This document shows positions 17,728 to 28,319 of a stretch of 64,000 nucleotides of DNA, piece by piece. The translations under genes and the position numbers were made by a program. Positions within the stretch are counted from its first letter, which is position 1. Each line of letters opens with the position of its first letter. The notes under the pieces are model-generated. The model was not told where the DNA came from. It saw nothing but the letters and a program-made list of their open reading frames with translations, and made no database searches. The DNA is from Candidatus Poribacteria bacterium (lineage in GTDB: Bacteria; Poribacteria; WGA-4E; WGA-3G): assembly GCA_003635315.1 (NCBI GenBank), contig PYJD01000010.1, positions 71,470 through 135,469 on the forward strand. The letters run 5' to 3'.

Positions 17728-18735
17728 ATGGTATCAAATAGTAGAATAGTTATGTTACAAGGATGGTTTTCTTTATCAGTCATCATAGTATTATCACTGT
17801 TTGCTGTTTCCTGTGTCCCCTCAAGTATGAATACTGAAGGTACAACACCTGTTAGGGCAGGTGATGGATATTCCGATATAATAAGTATCTCAAAACAACT
17901 CAAAACCACTGCTGATACAGCAATCGCTGAGATGATAATTGATAAATCTAAATCTTTTATCAAGGCACATCCAAAATACGATAAAGTGGATCAAATTTAT
18001 TATATCTTAGGGTCTGTTTTAGTCGAATTTGATCGTCCTGATGAAGGAATAAAAGTATTAGAAGAATTGATACGATATTATCCACTTGCTCCTTCTGTTG
18101 AACCCAGTCTGCTAATTTTGGGTATTGCTTATGATAAGTTAAGTATGCATGACAAAGCGGATGAAGCCTATTACAAATTGATCAATAACTCTAAATACAA
18201 TAACGGTCAATTTGCAAAGACAGCCAAGACACTTCTTGAAACAGACATCTCTGACAGAAAAGGATCTCTTGAAGGATTATCAGATGCATCGACATCAACT
18301 AATTATATAGGTAAGAAAGCCATAGATTTTCAGGTTCAGGATTTAAATGGGGAAGCATTATCCTTAAAGAAGTATCACGGACAGATAGTCCTCCTTGATT
18401 TTTGGGCAACATGGTGTGCACCATGTAGAGCGGAGATGCCCTTTGTAAAGAGTACATATCAGAAATATAAGAACCAGAACTTTGAAATAATCGGTATTAG
18501 TTTAGATCATGATTTGAACGAACTTACGACATATTTAGAAACAAAAGGAATTACATGGCCACAATACTATGATAATGCTGGTCAGATATCAAATTTATAT
18601 CAAGTACAAGCAATACCTACCACTTACTTAATTGATAGTAAAGGGATAATACGTTATGCAAACTTACGGGGAAATGCACTTGAGAATGCTGTAAGACAGC
18701 TTGTATTAGAAACCAATAGTCCTTATCTTGAATAA
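17728..18735 (+). CDS. Lipoprotein with TPR repeats and a TlpA-like thioredoxin domain
   Basis: Lipobox-like AVSC; TPR helices; LDFWATWCAPC. Confidence 0.9.
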   Translation: MVSNSRIVMLQGWFSLSVIIVLSLFAVSCVPSSMNTEGTTPVRAGDGYSDIISISKQLKTTADTAIAEMIIDKSKSFIKAHPKYDKVDQIYYILGSVLVEFDRPDEGIKVLEELIRYYPLAPSVEPSLLILGIAYDKLSMHDKADEAYYKLINNSKYNNGQFAKTAKTLLETDISDRKGSLEGLSDASTSTNYIGKKAIDFQVQDLNGEALSLKKYHGQIVLLDFWATWCAPCRAEMPFVKSTYQKYKNQNFEIIGISLDHDLNELTTYLETKGITWPQYYDNAGQISNLYQVQAIPTTYLIDSKGIIRYANLRGNALENAVRQLVLETNSPYLE

Positions 18736-18780
18736 GAAAATGGAATAAAAATATATTACGGATGTTTAGAGTATATGATC

Positions 18781-18895
18781 TATAGTAGAACTTAGAATTA
18801 AAAATACATTTTAAAAATATCAGAGTGTCTCTGTCGTAGGGGCGAGGTTTCCTCGTCCGTTGAAGAGTGTCTCATTAATTCTTGAACTTACTATA
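18781..18895. mobile_element. MITE family B with GTAGGGGCGAGG REP cargo
   Basis: TATAGTAGAACTTAGAATTAA...TTAATTCTTGAACTTACTATA. Confidence 0.75.
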
Positions 18896-18929
18896 AAAGT
18901 TTATCTACTTTCAGATTTAGGGGGTTAAA

Positions 18930-20516
18930 ATGCTTATCAAAAATCAGAAAATACATTATGGCAGAATAAACAGAAAATATACTTTGATTAGTTTTTCTAT
19001 CATCACTATGATGGTATTACTTGGTTATATTGCCAACATCACCATGGCTGAATCGGCTGAAAAGGCAGTAGAAATTAGTCCTGCGAAGATAGGATATAAA
19101 TATCAAGAAATAAAGAGTATCGCAAAAAAGAACATAAATAAGAATGACACTGATGCATTAGAGAATATAGTTGCAAAATCACAGAATTTTATCGAAAGTC
19201 ATCCTAAATACAAACGTATAGATGAAGTGTATTATTACCTTGGAAATGCCTTAGTTCGATTAGAACGGGTTGAAGAAGGGATTTCAGTATTTGAAACTCT
19301 CTTTAAAGAAGATTCAGATGCACGATATGTGCCTTCCATACTATTAGAATTAGGTTTAGCGTATGATAAGCTTGGAAACCACCCAAAAGCAGATGAAGTA
19401 TATAAAAACTTGATTGAACATCCAAAATATAGTAAACGTTCACAAGCGAAGAAAGTTCAAGAAATTCTTGAAATGGATATAGAATCACGTACAGGTGAGT
19501 TACCAAAACCTAAGTCAGCAGGGGGTCAACCCAGTGAATGGATTGGAAAACAGGCACCAGCGTTTAAGGTAATGGACTTAAATGGTGAAGAAATTACTTT
19601 GGAAAAATATCATGGTCAGGTTGTTCTCATTGATTTTTGGGCAACATGGTGCGGTCCCTGTATAGGCGAACTTCCAAATGTTAAAGCCACCTATGATAAA
19701 TACAAAGACAAGAGATTTCAAATTATTGGTATCAGTCTTGATAGGTCAAAACCCACACTTGAATCTTTTGTTAAGGAACAAAATCTCGGATGGGTTCATT
19801 ATTTCGATCAAGAAAGTAAGATAGCGAATCAATACGGTGTCACAGGGATCCCCGCAACCTTCCTAATTGATGGTGAAGGTATAATCCGTATGACGAATTT
19901 ACGTGGACACCAACTTGAAACTGCAGTGGGTGAAATGGTTGAAGAAAACTTAAAGATTCCTCACCATACCCATCAACCTAAATCCATACCTGCCACAAAG
20001 TTAATCAAACCAAGTAATCCTACACCTAATAATCCATCTATTCCATCAAGCAAACTAACTGATTGGGTAGGTAAACCTGCACCAGATATTAAAATAACCA
20101 CTTTGAAAGGTGAAGAACTTACTTGGGAAGATTTTAGAGGACAGATTGTGTTGCTTGATTTTTGGGCAACCTGGTGTGGTCCATGCCTTATTGAATTACC
20201 GAAAATCAAAAAGACCTATGCGAATTTTAAGGATCAGAAGTTTCAGATTATTGGAATAAGTCTTGACAGATCATTGTTACCACTTGCAGAATACATAGCA
20301 AATGAAGAACTGGGTTGGCATCACTATTGGGATGAAGATCGTAAAATTAGAACTCTTTTTAAAGTTAATGCAATTCCATCGGCAATTCTAATTGATGGAG
20401 AAGGAATCATTCAGAAGGCGTATCTCGGTGGTTTTGACGTTGAAACTGCTGTATCAGAATTGGTTGATAAGAATCTTAACGGTGTTCAGACGCCAACTAA
20501 GACTGAGAAGAATTGA
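18930..20516 (+). CDS. TPR protein with two TlpA-like thioredoxin domains
   Basis: Two DFWATWCGPC motifs joined by a Pro-rich linker; paralogue of 17728..18735. Confidence 0.9.
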   Translation: MLIKNQKIHYGRINRKYTLISFSIITMMVLLGYIANITMAESAEKAVEISPAKIGYKYQEIKSIAKKNINKNDTDALENIVAKSQNFIESHPKYKRIDEVYYYLGNALVRLERVEEGISVFETLFKEDSDARYVPSILLELGLAYDKLGNHPKADEVYKNLIEHPKYSKRSQAKKVQEILEMDIESRTGELPKPKSAGGQPSEWIGKQAPAFKVMDLNGEEITLEKYHGQVVLIDFWATWCGPCIGELPNVKATYDKYKDKRFQIIGISLDRSKPTLESFVKEQNLGWVHYFDQESKIANQYGVTGIPATFLIDGEGIIRMTNLRGHQLETAVGEMVEENLKIPHHTHQPKSIPATKLIKPSNPTPNNPSIPSSKLTDWVGKPAPDIKITTLKGEELTWEDFRGQIVLLDFWATWCGPCLIELPKIKKTYANFKDQKFQIIGISLDRSLLPLAEYIANEELGWHHYWDEDRKIRTLFKVNAIPSAILIDGEGIIQKAYLGGFDVETAVSELVDKNLNGVQTPTKTEKN

Positions 20517-20603
20517 GATAACACCGACAAATAGATTTCCTTCATTCTATAGCAGCCTAAACAGATTTGGATTCACAAGTTGAATCTAATCCAAAGCTAT
20601 ACA

Positions 20604-21101
20604 ATGATACGTTTAAGTCCTATTTTAATCTTTGTTATCTATATGTGTATTTCTCTCAGTATACCTATTGCATTTGGACAAGATACTGTTGTAATGAAGG
20701 GGGGTGCAACACTGCGAGGACATGTTATTGATACATCCCCAAAACAGAAACCTTTAGAAGGTGTCCGTGTTGAAATAGAAGCACTCAATGGTCAGACCTT
20801 CACTGTTTATACCGATAAAGATGGATTATATGAGAAAACTGGATTATCAGCCGGTCGGTATACAATAAGCACACATAAGAAAGGATACGGTAGTAGAATA
20901 GGTAAATCGAAAGTAGTAGCCTCAGGAGGAGAGGGATATGACCGTATTAAGATGAGAAGGATGGAAACTATCTTCTCATTCTTCTATACAGGATCATTCC
21001 TCAAAGTAGTATTTACTTGGCAACTCTTCGTCGGTTTTGCTATCGGCTTTCTTGTCGCCCTGTTTTTAAATTCCCTGCATACACGTTCAGAGGTAAGATA
21101 A
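20604..21101 (+). CDS. Carboxypeptidase-regulatory-like domain protein with a C-terminal TM segment
   Basis: Signal peptide; LRGHVID...PLEGVRV...TDKDGLY...GRYTI...GY. Confidence 0.75.
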   Translation: MIRLSPILIFVIYMCISLSIPIAFGQDTVVMKGGATLRGHVIDTSPKQKPLEGVRVEIEALNGQTFTVYTDKDGLYEKTGLSAGRYTISTHKKGYGSRIGKSKVVASGGEGYDRIKMRRMETIFSFFYTGSFLKVVFTWQLFVGFAIGFLVALFLNSLHTRSEVR

Positions 21102-22195
21102 TGGCAGAGGTATCTCTGAAAGATGTCACCAAAGTTTATGAAGGAGATGTACTCGCCGTACAAAGTGCTAACTTTCACATTCCTGATGAGTCATTTACTG
21201 TTCTTGTTGGACCCTCAGGATGTGGAAAGTCTACTCTGTTAAGGATGATTGCGGGTCTCGAACCGATTACGGAAGGTGATATTTATATCAACGATGAAAT
21301 TGTAAACAATGTCCCACCAAAGGATAGGGATATCGCAATGGTATTCCAAAACTATGCTCTCTACCCACACATGACAGTGTATAAGAACATGGCTTTTGGA
21401 TTGAAACTTCGAAAATACTCAAAGACTGAAATTGACCAACGTGTGACCGAAGCTGCAGATATCCTCAATATCTCCCATCTCTTAAATCGTAAACCCAAAC
21501 ATCTATCTGGTGGAGAACGGCAACGCGTTGCTGTTGGGAGAGCAATTGTCCGTCAACCGAAAGTATTTCTATTCGACGAACCGTTAAGCAACCTTGACGC
21601 AAAACTACGTGTTCAGATGAGAATGGAAATCAGCCGTCTACACGAACGATTAAATGCTACTATGATCTATGTCACTCATGACCAAGTTGAAGCCATGACG
21701 ATGGGGGATCAAATAGTGGTATTAAATGAAGGCAAAATACAGCAAATTGCTGATCCAGGAACGTTATACCGCAACCCTGAAAACCAATTTGTAGCAGGTT
21801 TCATCGGTACACCACCAATGAACTTTATCCAGACGAAGATTACAGGAAATGATGGGACTCAGCAACTAAGTTTTGAAAATTTTTCGCTTGAATTAAATCC
21901 CAAATTACAGACTGCATTGAATAGTCATTCTCCAGACACTGTCACGTTAGGTATACGTCCAGAGCATATCCAGATAGATGGCAATGGGAAAAACCGTGTA
22001 ATAACACAAGTAGAACTCGTAGAACCACTTGGCAACCATGCTCTTCTATATCTGAAAACGGATGAACACAATTTTGTAGCACAATCTAATATCATGGATT
22101 TACCCCAACACAACACTCCCCTGACAGTTAGTTTTGACATTGATAAAGCACATCTTTTTCATCCGGATACTGGTGAATCTTTAACAGTCGAATAG
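21101..22195 (+). CDS. Sugar ABC transporter ATP-binding protein (MalK/UgpC/MsmX family)
   Basis: GPSGCGKS, VFQNYALYPH, LSGGERQR, DEPLSNLD and C-terminal TOBE; ATG 21101 with GAGG RBS. Confidence 0.95.
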   Translation: MAEVSLKDVTKVYEGDVLAVQSANFHIPDESFTVLVGPSGCGKSTLLRMIAGLEPITEGDIYINDEIVNNVPPKDRDIAMVFQNYALYPHMTVYKNMAFGLKLRKYSKTEIDQRVTEAADILNISHLLNRKPKHLSGGERQRVAVGRAIVRQPKVFLFDEPLSNLDAKLRVQMRMEISRLHERLNATMIYVTHDQVEAMTMGDQIVVLNEGKIQQIADPGTLYRNPENQFVAGFIGTPPMNFIQTKITGNDGTQQLSFENFSLELNPKLQTALNSHSPDTVTLGIRPEHIQIDGNGKNRVITQVELVEPLGNHALLYLKTDEHNFVAQSNIMDLPQHNTPLTVSFDIDKAHLFHPDTGESLTVE

Positions 22196-22209
22196 TTTAA
22201 CCTCAGTTT

Positions 22210-23244
22210 CTACATGAGTCTCCACACCAACGCTTGAATTTGTCTCCAAGTCTCTTCGTCAATGGGGATACCATCCCGTTCTCTTTTCTGTTTTTCATTC
22301 CAACCCCTTTCACCCGGCATCAATATCGTATCTTCTCCTACAACAGTCTTCGCAGATTTTAGATAAGCAACAAAACGTTCAATTTCAGCACTAAATCCTG
22401 AAAACCTCCGAAAACTCGCAATATTAATTACATGGATATATAACCCATTACCGACACGTGCATCTTTATTCCTGCTACATCCTGCTGCTGAAAGTGCCCC
22501 TGCCAGAATATCTACAATCACACTGAGACCGAATCCTTTATGAGCAGCAATTCCGCCAAACGGTAAAATCGAGGCTGGTGTTTCTCTATAAAAATCTTCC
22601 ACATTAGTCGTAGATTTACCTTCCGAATTAATTAGCCATCCTTCTGGTGCAGATTCATTTAACCGTTGTTTCACGCGTATCTTACCTGATGCCACCACAC
22701 TCGTTGACATATCTAAAACAATCGGATTCTGTGACGCAAGTGGAATAGCACAAGCTATTGGATTGGTAGAAAGTCTACCTTCTGTTCCACCGTAAGGAGC
22801 GACACACGTTCCTCCTCCATGATCGTTGACCATAAGTATACCTATCATATCTGCTTCAGCTGCAAGACAGACATAGTCCCCTAACCGTCCTATCTCATTG
22901 CATTGAGATACGGTAACTGTGCTAACATCTGTTTGCCTCGCTTTCTGAATTGCTAATTTAACAGCATGGGTAGCTATAACAGGACCAAAACCCCAATTTC
23001 CATCCAAAACAGAGATTGATGCAGACTCCTGAATTGTATCAATTGAAGCTCCAGGTACAATCACACCCTCTTCTATTTCTCTTACATACTTTGGAAGATG
23101 GATGACCCCGTGTGAATCATGTCCAACGAGATTTGCGTTTACCATTGAACGCGTGACAATTTCTGCCTCAGATTCAGAGATATTTAGTTTTTCAAATACG
23201 TTTAGACAAATTGATGTGAGAGTGTCTGAAGTGACATTTGGCAT
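22210..23244 (-). CDS. Ldh_2 family (malate/L-sulfolactate/ureidoglycolate-type) dehydrogenase
   Basis: GHDSHG, TNPIA, LDMSTS, HKGFGL and MPGE motifs. Confidence 0.92.
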   Translation of the reverse strand: MPNVTSDTLTSICLNVFEKLNISESEAEIVTRSMVNANLVGHDSHGVIHLPKYVREIEEGVIVPGASIDTIQESASISVLDGNWGFGPVIATHAVKLAIQKARQTDVSTVTVSQCNEIGRLGDYVCLAAEADMIGILMVNDHGGGTCVAPYGGTEGRLSTNPIACAIPLASQNPIVLDMSTSVVASGKIRVKQRLNESAPEGWLINSEGKSTTNVEDFYRETPASILPFGGIAAHKGFGLSVIVDILAGALSAAGCSRNKDARVGNGLYIHVINIASFRRFSGFSAEIERFVAYLKSAKTVVGEDTILMPGERGWNEKQKRERDGIPIDEETWRQIQALVWRLM

Positions 23245-23271
23245 AATGAAGAATTAAGGGTGGGTTGTTTT

Positions 23272-24090
23272 TTATTTCTGATTTAGAATCTCTGCTATCC
23301 GACCGGCAAAACGGTAAGCACTGTTGTCTTCAGGTTCATAACCTATTACTTTCCTGGCATTGGTTATGCTCCAGAACTTATGCGAATTATCGCTAATTCC
23401 GTAGAATATCTGGAAGGGAACACCATTTTCATCTTCTATATTTTCTGTCTCAATACTCTTTACAAAAAGCTGTACCTGGTCACGTACACTTAAATATGCC
23501 CCAAGCGCACGATGCATCTTAGTATAATTTTCTGCAGTGATATCATTTAGATCTGTTTCTCGTGGAGCACCGATCCGTATCTGCACATTCTGGAGTATTC
23601 TTCCTCTGGTATCTCCATTCGCAAATACAAAGCCGAGGTGTTCATAAGCCTCCTTTGCCCATCCATAGAAGTTATCAGATAAGGGACGCATTTCTGGTGT
23701 GACAAAATCCCATTTACCTGCCCAGATTAGGTTTTCATAGTAATCTGCTGCATGGTTTGAACTACAAACCACGACCCGACAAACACCCATTTCTACCGAT
23801 GTACGATATATATTATATGCCATTTGAACATTATTAAGTTCTTCTTCAAAACCACCACCTCTGAAAGCACAATGAACGACTGCATCTACACCTTCGAAAT
23901 ATTGTTGATATACCTCACGGTCCGGATCACTCACATCGACGATATTAATATCTGCAACCTCTTCACCTTGTCGATTTGTCGTTCTCACGTCAAGAAGGAC
24001 AAGATCGTAACGTTCTCGAAAATCGGGTAACATCCGTCCGGCGATATACCCTCCAGCTCCAGTGATGAGGACTTTTCTGCGGTTTGGCAT
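23272..24090 (-). CDS. NAD-dependent epimerase/dehydratase (uronate dehydrogenase-like SDR)
   Basis: TGAGGYIA, SSNHA, YGWAK and RIG motifs. Confidence 0.85.
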   Translation of the reverse strand: MPNRRKVLITGAGGYIAGRMLPDFRERYDLVLLDVRTTNRQGEEVADINIVDVSDPDREVYQQYFEGVDAVVHCAFRGGGFEEELNNVQMAYNIYRTSVEMGVCRVVVCSSNHAADYYENLIWAGKWDFVTPEMRPLSDNFYGWAKEAYEHLGFVFANGDTRGRILQNVQIRIGAPRETDLNDITAENYTKMHRALGAYLSVRDQVQLFVKSIETENIEDENGVPFQIFYGISDNSHKFWSITNARKVIGYEPEDNSAYRFAGRIAEILNQK

Positions 24091-24334
24091 TTATTTTTCG
24101 TTCCCTTCTGTAAAATACAATAAGTTATCAGCAAGTCGGATTATATGCAGTAATTTGGTGTTCAATTCTTCGTAGTATCCTATCCATCACAGGATGAGAA
24201 GGAGTCATCTTAAACGCAATTTCATGTAATACCAATTCTATATATTATTCTGTCATTCTTTGTAGGTCGGGTAGAGGTACGAAACCCATAGGTGTCAACT
24301 TAGTGGTTTATAGTTCTCTGATATTGATGTCTTT

Positions 24335-24462
24335 AGTCCCGTAGGGACGGAATGTTTATAGCAAACCGTTATCCTGACCATTCTTGAGTCCCGTAGGGAC
24401 GGAATGTTTATAGAAAAACGTCACATATACCTCTTGAGTCCTGTAGGGACGATATGTTTATA
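24335..24462. repeat. Tandem GTCCCGTAGGGACGGAATGTTTATAG REP-like units (3)
   Basis: Three ~50-bp units; same family at 30781, 38988-39385 and 54965-55060. Confidence 0.8.
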
Positions 24463-24564
24463 TGTTAAATACAGCATGTGTGTATTTATAACAAACAATT
24501 AGTTAACCGGCACAAGTCGTAATTATAACATACCTCAGAATAACACAACCTAACAACCGAATAT

Positions 24565-26238
24565 CTACGGAATCTTCAACTTCTCTTTGCAGTGATGTGT
24601 AAGTAGTTTCATCTCCTCAATCACCTGATTTTCTGTTTGAATCAAATGATTATAAAAGGAGGGGACAGATTCTCTACCAAATAGCATTGCAAAAAAACCC
24701 CGTTTTTCTTCCTCATCAAAACTATGGGTTGCTGCTTTTGATGGATCTAATCCTAAGTATTCAATTGAAAGAAAGTGCGTAGCACGATCCTTTGATACCT
24801 TACCCTCATAAGAATTTCCAACGTTCTTCCTTCCATAACTTATGTAATATACTCTACCCGACATTTGATTCAATACGGTATACCCACCCGTATCAATTGA
24901 TTCATTCCAACACTTTTCAAATCCGTTACTGGGAAGTCGTTCGCGAAGTTCTTGGGCAGATCGGACAACAAATCTATTTTGTGTCAACGATTTAGTTATA
25001 GAATATCCATCAAATTGTTCTGTTATAGGTGGATGTCCCGTCAATAAATCAACATTGTCAAGTGTCCAGACAACGCCTTCTCTAACACCTTTTGCCAAGT
25101 TAAAGTGTTGTTCAACAAACTCCCCATTAAGCGGATGCAATTGATAATCTCTGTTACCGTTGAAGATTGATCTAAGATTCTTTCTGTGGTCAATTACAGA
25201 AAACCTCTTATCAGGAACTGGCATCTCTAACTGTAGTGTGTATCCAACATCCAAATCTGTTGTTAAATTGAGTTGTGATATACGAAGTTGAGCAAGTCGA
25301 GACAAAGCTGTTTGACTTTTCGATAAAACGCGTCCAATGAGATATTTACTACGCAGACGTGGTATCTCTGTTGAAAGCCGGTCAAGGGTATCGGGATCAA
25401 GTTTCTCCAACATAACCTTATGTTCCCATCGGGTTCCACGTTCGTGGGAAAGAATCTGAAACTGCTGATTGTCTCCACTGGGACGGATGTATCCGAGGGC
25501 TGTCCACGGATCAAATGTTGCACGATAATAACCGCTTGTTTCGAGATCTCCACCCGCAAGAACACAGTCGCGGCGTTCATATCGAGAATATATACCGAAT
25601 TGAAATTCGTATGATTCATAATCTTCTAATGCTTTTCGCAAATCTTTGGCGAATTCGCTTCCGCGGGCAAATTTACTAAAAATCTCCTCAGTACGTTTGG
25701 GTTGATTTAACGCATCCAGAAACGTACCGATCCGTATACCTGCCTCTTCTTCTCCTTCGTCCTCACTCTTGCCAAATACCTTTGTTTTTGTTTTAAAGGG
25801 TGGATTTCTTAAGGATACATCACGTTGGGAAACAAAGTGTAGAGCAGGATCATCCGTCAGGTTCTCAAGAGATGGCGCATCACCAAGAATCCCAGCTAAT
25901 TTCTGATCGTCAATTTTCTCCATCAATTCAGTCCCACGTTTTAACTCAGCAAAATGTATGATGTCATTGAGACTGTATTGAAGAGGTGCACTTGAAGAAA
26001 GACCATCATAGTTAGAACGGTGAAATCGGATCCGTGGTTTGATACGAAATACTGGTGTCAGTCCATAATCCTTAAGGAGAACATATAATGTGACAGTATA
26101 CGAATCCTCATGCACCTTCTGGGCAAGGATTCCCCTTTCGTTTATATTATTGTCAACAATAAGTTGCTCCTGAACAAGTCTACTATCGTTTCCAAATATC
26201 ATCATTCGATGTTCTTCTCTGTTATCATCAACTAACAT
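24565..26238 (-). CDS. VTC/CYTH (triphosphate tunnel)-like protein with a probable second degenerate CYTH domain
   Basis: Ordered VTC-like motifs: REEHR, TLY, KPRIRF.R.Y, AELKR, YSRYER, RATFD, WEHKV and SK; C-terminal SIEYLG. Confidence 0.6.
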   Translation of the reverse strand: MLVDDNREEHRMMIFGNDSRLVQEQLIVDNNINERGILAQKVHEDSYTVTLYVLLKDYGLTPVFRIKPRIRFHRSNYDGLSSSAPLQYSLNDIIHFAELKRGTELMEKIDDQKLAGILGDAPSLENLTDDPALHFVSQRDVSLRNPPFKTKTKVFGKSEDEGEEEAGIRIGTFLDALNQPKRTEEIFSKFARGSEFAKDLRKALEDYESYEFQFGIYSRYERRDCVLAGGDLETSGYYRATFDPWTALGYIRPSGDNQQFQILSHERGTRWEHKVMLEKLDPDTLDRLSTEIPRLRSKYLIGRVLSKSQTALSRLAQLRISQLNLTTDLDVGYTLQLEMPVPDKRFSVIDHRKNLRSIFNGNRDYQLHPLNGEFVEQHFNLAKGVREGVVWTLDNVDLLTGHPPITEQFDGYSITKSLTQNRFVVRSAQELRERLPSNGFEKCWNESIDTGGYTVLNQMSGRVYYISYGRKNVGNSYEGKVSKDRATHFLSIEYLGLDPSKAATHSFDEEEKRGFFAMLFGRESVPSFYNHLIQTENQVIEEMKLLTHHCKEKLKIP

Positions 26239-26286
26239 GGATCCTCTCCCTCCGTATAGAGTCCATATCTGAAATTGGGTTATAAC

Positions 26287-27258
26287 TTATCCCCAATCTA
26301 TCCTCTGTCTTGCTAATGCGGCAGCACCCAACACTCCTGCATTATCCCCAAGATGTGCCTTAACAATTTGTACACCATCTAATGTTCCGGGTAATGCGTA
26401 TTTATTTGCTGCAGTACGAATATTATCAACAAAAACATCTTCAAGGGCTTCTACAACACCTCCCCCGAGGATTATCATCTCTGGATTTAGGAAATTTACA
26501 ATTGAACCAATACCTACACCAAGATACTTCGTTGTTCTATTGAGTATTTTCTTTGTCAATTTGTCCTTTGCATCAACTGCCTTAGCTAATACACCACTAC
26601 GTATTGAATTTAGATCCCCATCCGTAAGTTTTGTAACAACGCTTTTTTTACCTTTTTTTATTCCCTTCTTAAAGGATTTTGTCATCGCGGTTCGACTTGC
26701 AAGTGCTTCTAAACATCCACGGTTTCCACACCCACATTTCGGTCCACCCTCTTTTACGATGATATGTCCAACTTCACCCGCAGTTTTACTGGCACCATGA
26801 AATAACTCACCGTTCATAATAATACCCCCACCAATACCAGTACCAACGAAAATTCCAACAATGTTCTTTATACCCTGTCCTGCTCCGTAAGTGTGTTCTC
26901 CAAGCGTTCCCACATTTACATCATTATCAACATAAGTAGGTATATCAATTCTCTCTTCAAGTTCAGATTTAAGGGGTACATTCTCCCAACCCAGATTTGG
27001 AGCAACTATCACTACACCTGTCTCTGGGTCAAGGGGACCAGGTGCTCCAATTCCAACCCCTTGTATAGAGTCACGTGAAACATCTGTCCCCTGAATTACC
27101 ATCTGGATACAATCTGCAATTCGATCTATGACATTTGAAGATCCATCTTTTGCATTCGTTCGAATTTTGGATGTTCCTAAGATATTCCCTTCCTCATCAA
27201 CGATAGCAGCGAGAATCTTAGTCCCTCCCATGTCTACACCAACTACATTATTATTCAT
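26287..27258 (-). CDS. ROK family sugar kinase (glucokinase-like)
   Basis: GVDMGGTK, DNDVN, GTGIGGG, GEVGH and CGCGNRGCLE motifs; no HTH; ATG 27258 with RBS. Confidence 0.92.
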   Translation of the reverse strand: MNNNVVGVDMGGTKILAAIVDEEGNILGTSKIRTNAKDGSSNVIDRIADCIQMVIQGTDVSRDSIQGVGIGAPGPLDPETGVVIVAPNLGWENVPLKSELEERIDIPTYVDNDVNVGTLGEHTYGAGQGIKNIVGIFVGTGIGGGIIMNGELFHGASKTAGEVGHIIVKEGGPKCGCGNRGCLEALASRTAMTKSFKKGIKKGKKSVVTKLTDGDLNSIRSGVLAKAVDAKDKLTKKILNRTTKYLGVGIGSIVNFLNPEMIILGGGVVEALEDVFVDNIRTAANKYALPGTLDGVQIVKAHLGDNAGVLGAAALARQRIDWG

Positions 27259-27306
27259 CCGTTTTTCCTTTTTAAATGCATTTACCATGACTTCCAATAA
27301 AATCCA

Positions 27307-27786
27307 TCAGCCATTCTTCTTTTCTGTCGCAATAATTGTCAGTAAATGGTCTTTGAAGTTGTCCTGTGATAATCTTTCCCATTTTGACAAAAATTCATTA
27401 TAATCGGAAATCCTATTTTTTCTGACGCGTGATATAAGTGAATCAATTCCAGGTAGTGTTAAATGATTATGGTCAGTTTTATAATTTGCTAATGTTTCTA
27501 TGACAACATCATTATCATGTATATCTCCGAGTATATCTTGTAAATCTATAATAGTGTGAAGACATTTTATGAATTTTTCACCGTAATTACAGGTAAAGAA
27601 TTCCATCGAATATCGGAGTCTTTTAATTGAAATCCGCATATTATGTAATTCTTCACTTCTCTCAGAATCCCGAATAAAGTTCTCCCACATGTATACCTCT
27701 TCAACTTTTTGAGGTAGTATTATGTACGCATTTATATGGAATGCTTTTTCCGGTTTTACTCCTGTTAATGTAAGTGGCTTAGCCAT
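27307..27786 (-). CDS. CHAD domain half-protein (C-terminal repeat type)
   Basis: LHNMRISIKRLRYSME...LQDILGDIHD. Confidence 0.85.
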   Translation of the reverse strand: MAKPLTLTGVKPEKAFHINAYIILPQKVEEVYMWENFIRDSERSEELHNMRISIKRLRYSMEFFTCNYGEKFIKCLHTIIDLQDILGDIHDNDVVIETLANYKTDHNHLTLPGIDSLISRVRKNRISDYNEFLSKWERLSQDNFKDHLLTIIATEKKNG

Positions 27787-27789
27787 TTC

Positions 27790-28260
27790 TTATACTACTT
27801 CAAAAAATTTAAGGAAATCGTTTTCGAATTTGCTGTCATCAAGTGATTTAAATAGGTCTATCATCGGTTTTCGTTCTACTATACGTTTTTCTTGTAGGTG
27901 TTCAATTAGCGATTCAATATCCTTCTGTTCCGCAATAGGCATCAATGCCATTTCTGTTCGAAAACGTCTAATCAGAACATCAAGATCCCGGACTGTCCCC
28001 ATAGTCTGCGTTATGATCTTCACCTGTTTATATAACTTTTTAAACTGTTCAGGTTCAAAACATACTGCAAAATTATCCATCGCTGCACGTAACCGTCGGG
28101 AAGCGACTCTCATATCATGGACAAATTCGATATTAGACCCATCACTTGCACCCTCTTTATGGGACATCATCTCATGGAAATATCTGATAATAATTCTTCG
28201 AGCGCATACATCCAATGGCTTTTCAGGTGAGATATCACTGTTTTTAATCGGGTCTGCCAT
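27790..28260 (-). CDS. CHAD domain half-protein (N-terminal repeat type)
   Basis: VHDMRVASRRLRAAM...MGTVRDLDV. Start revised to ATG 28260 because the track N-terminus derives from a MITE. Confidence 0.85.
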   Translation of the reverse strand: MADPIKNSDISPEKPLDVCARRIIIRYFHEMMSHKEGASDGSNIEFVHDMRVASRRLRAAMDNFAVCFEPEQFKKLYKQVKIITQTMGTVRDLDVLIRRFRTEMALMPIAEQKDIESLIEHLQEKRIVERKPMIDLFKSLDDSKFENDFLKFFEVV

Positions 28261-28319
28261 ACCAACACCCTCATTATGGAATGTGAAATTACAATGATTC
28301 TTACTAAGGTTTCCAAATA

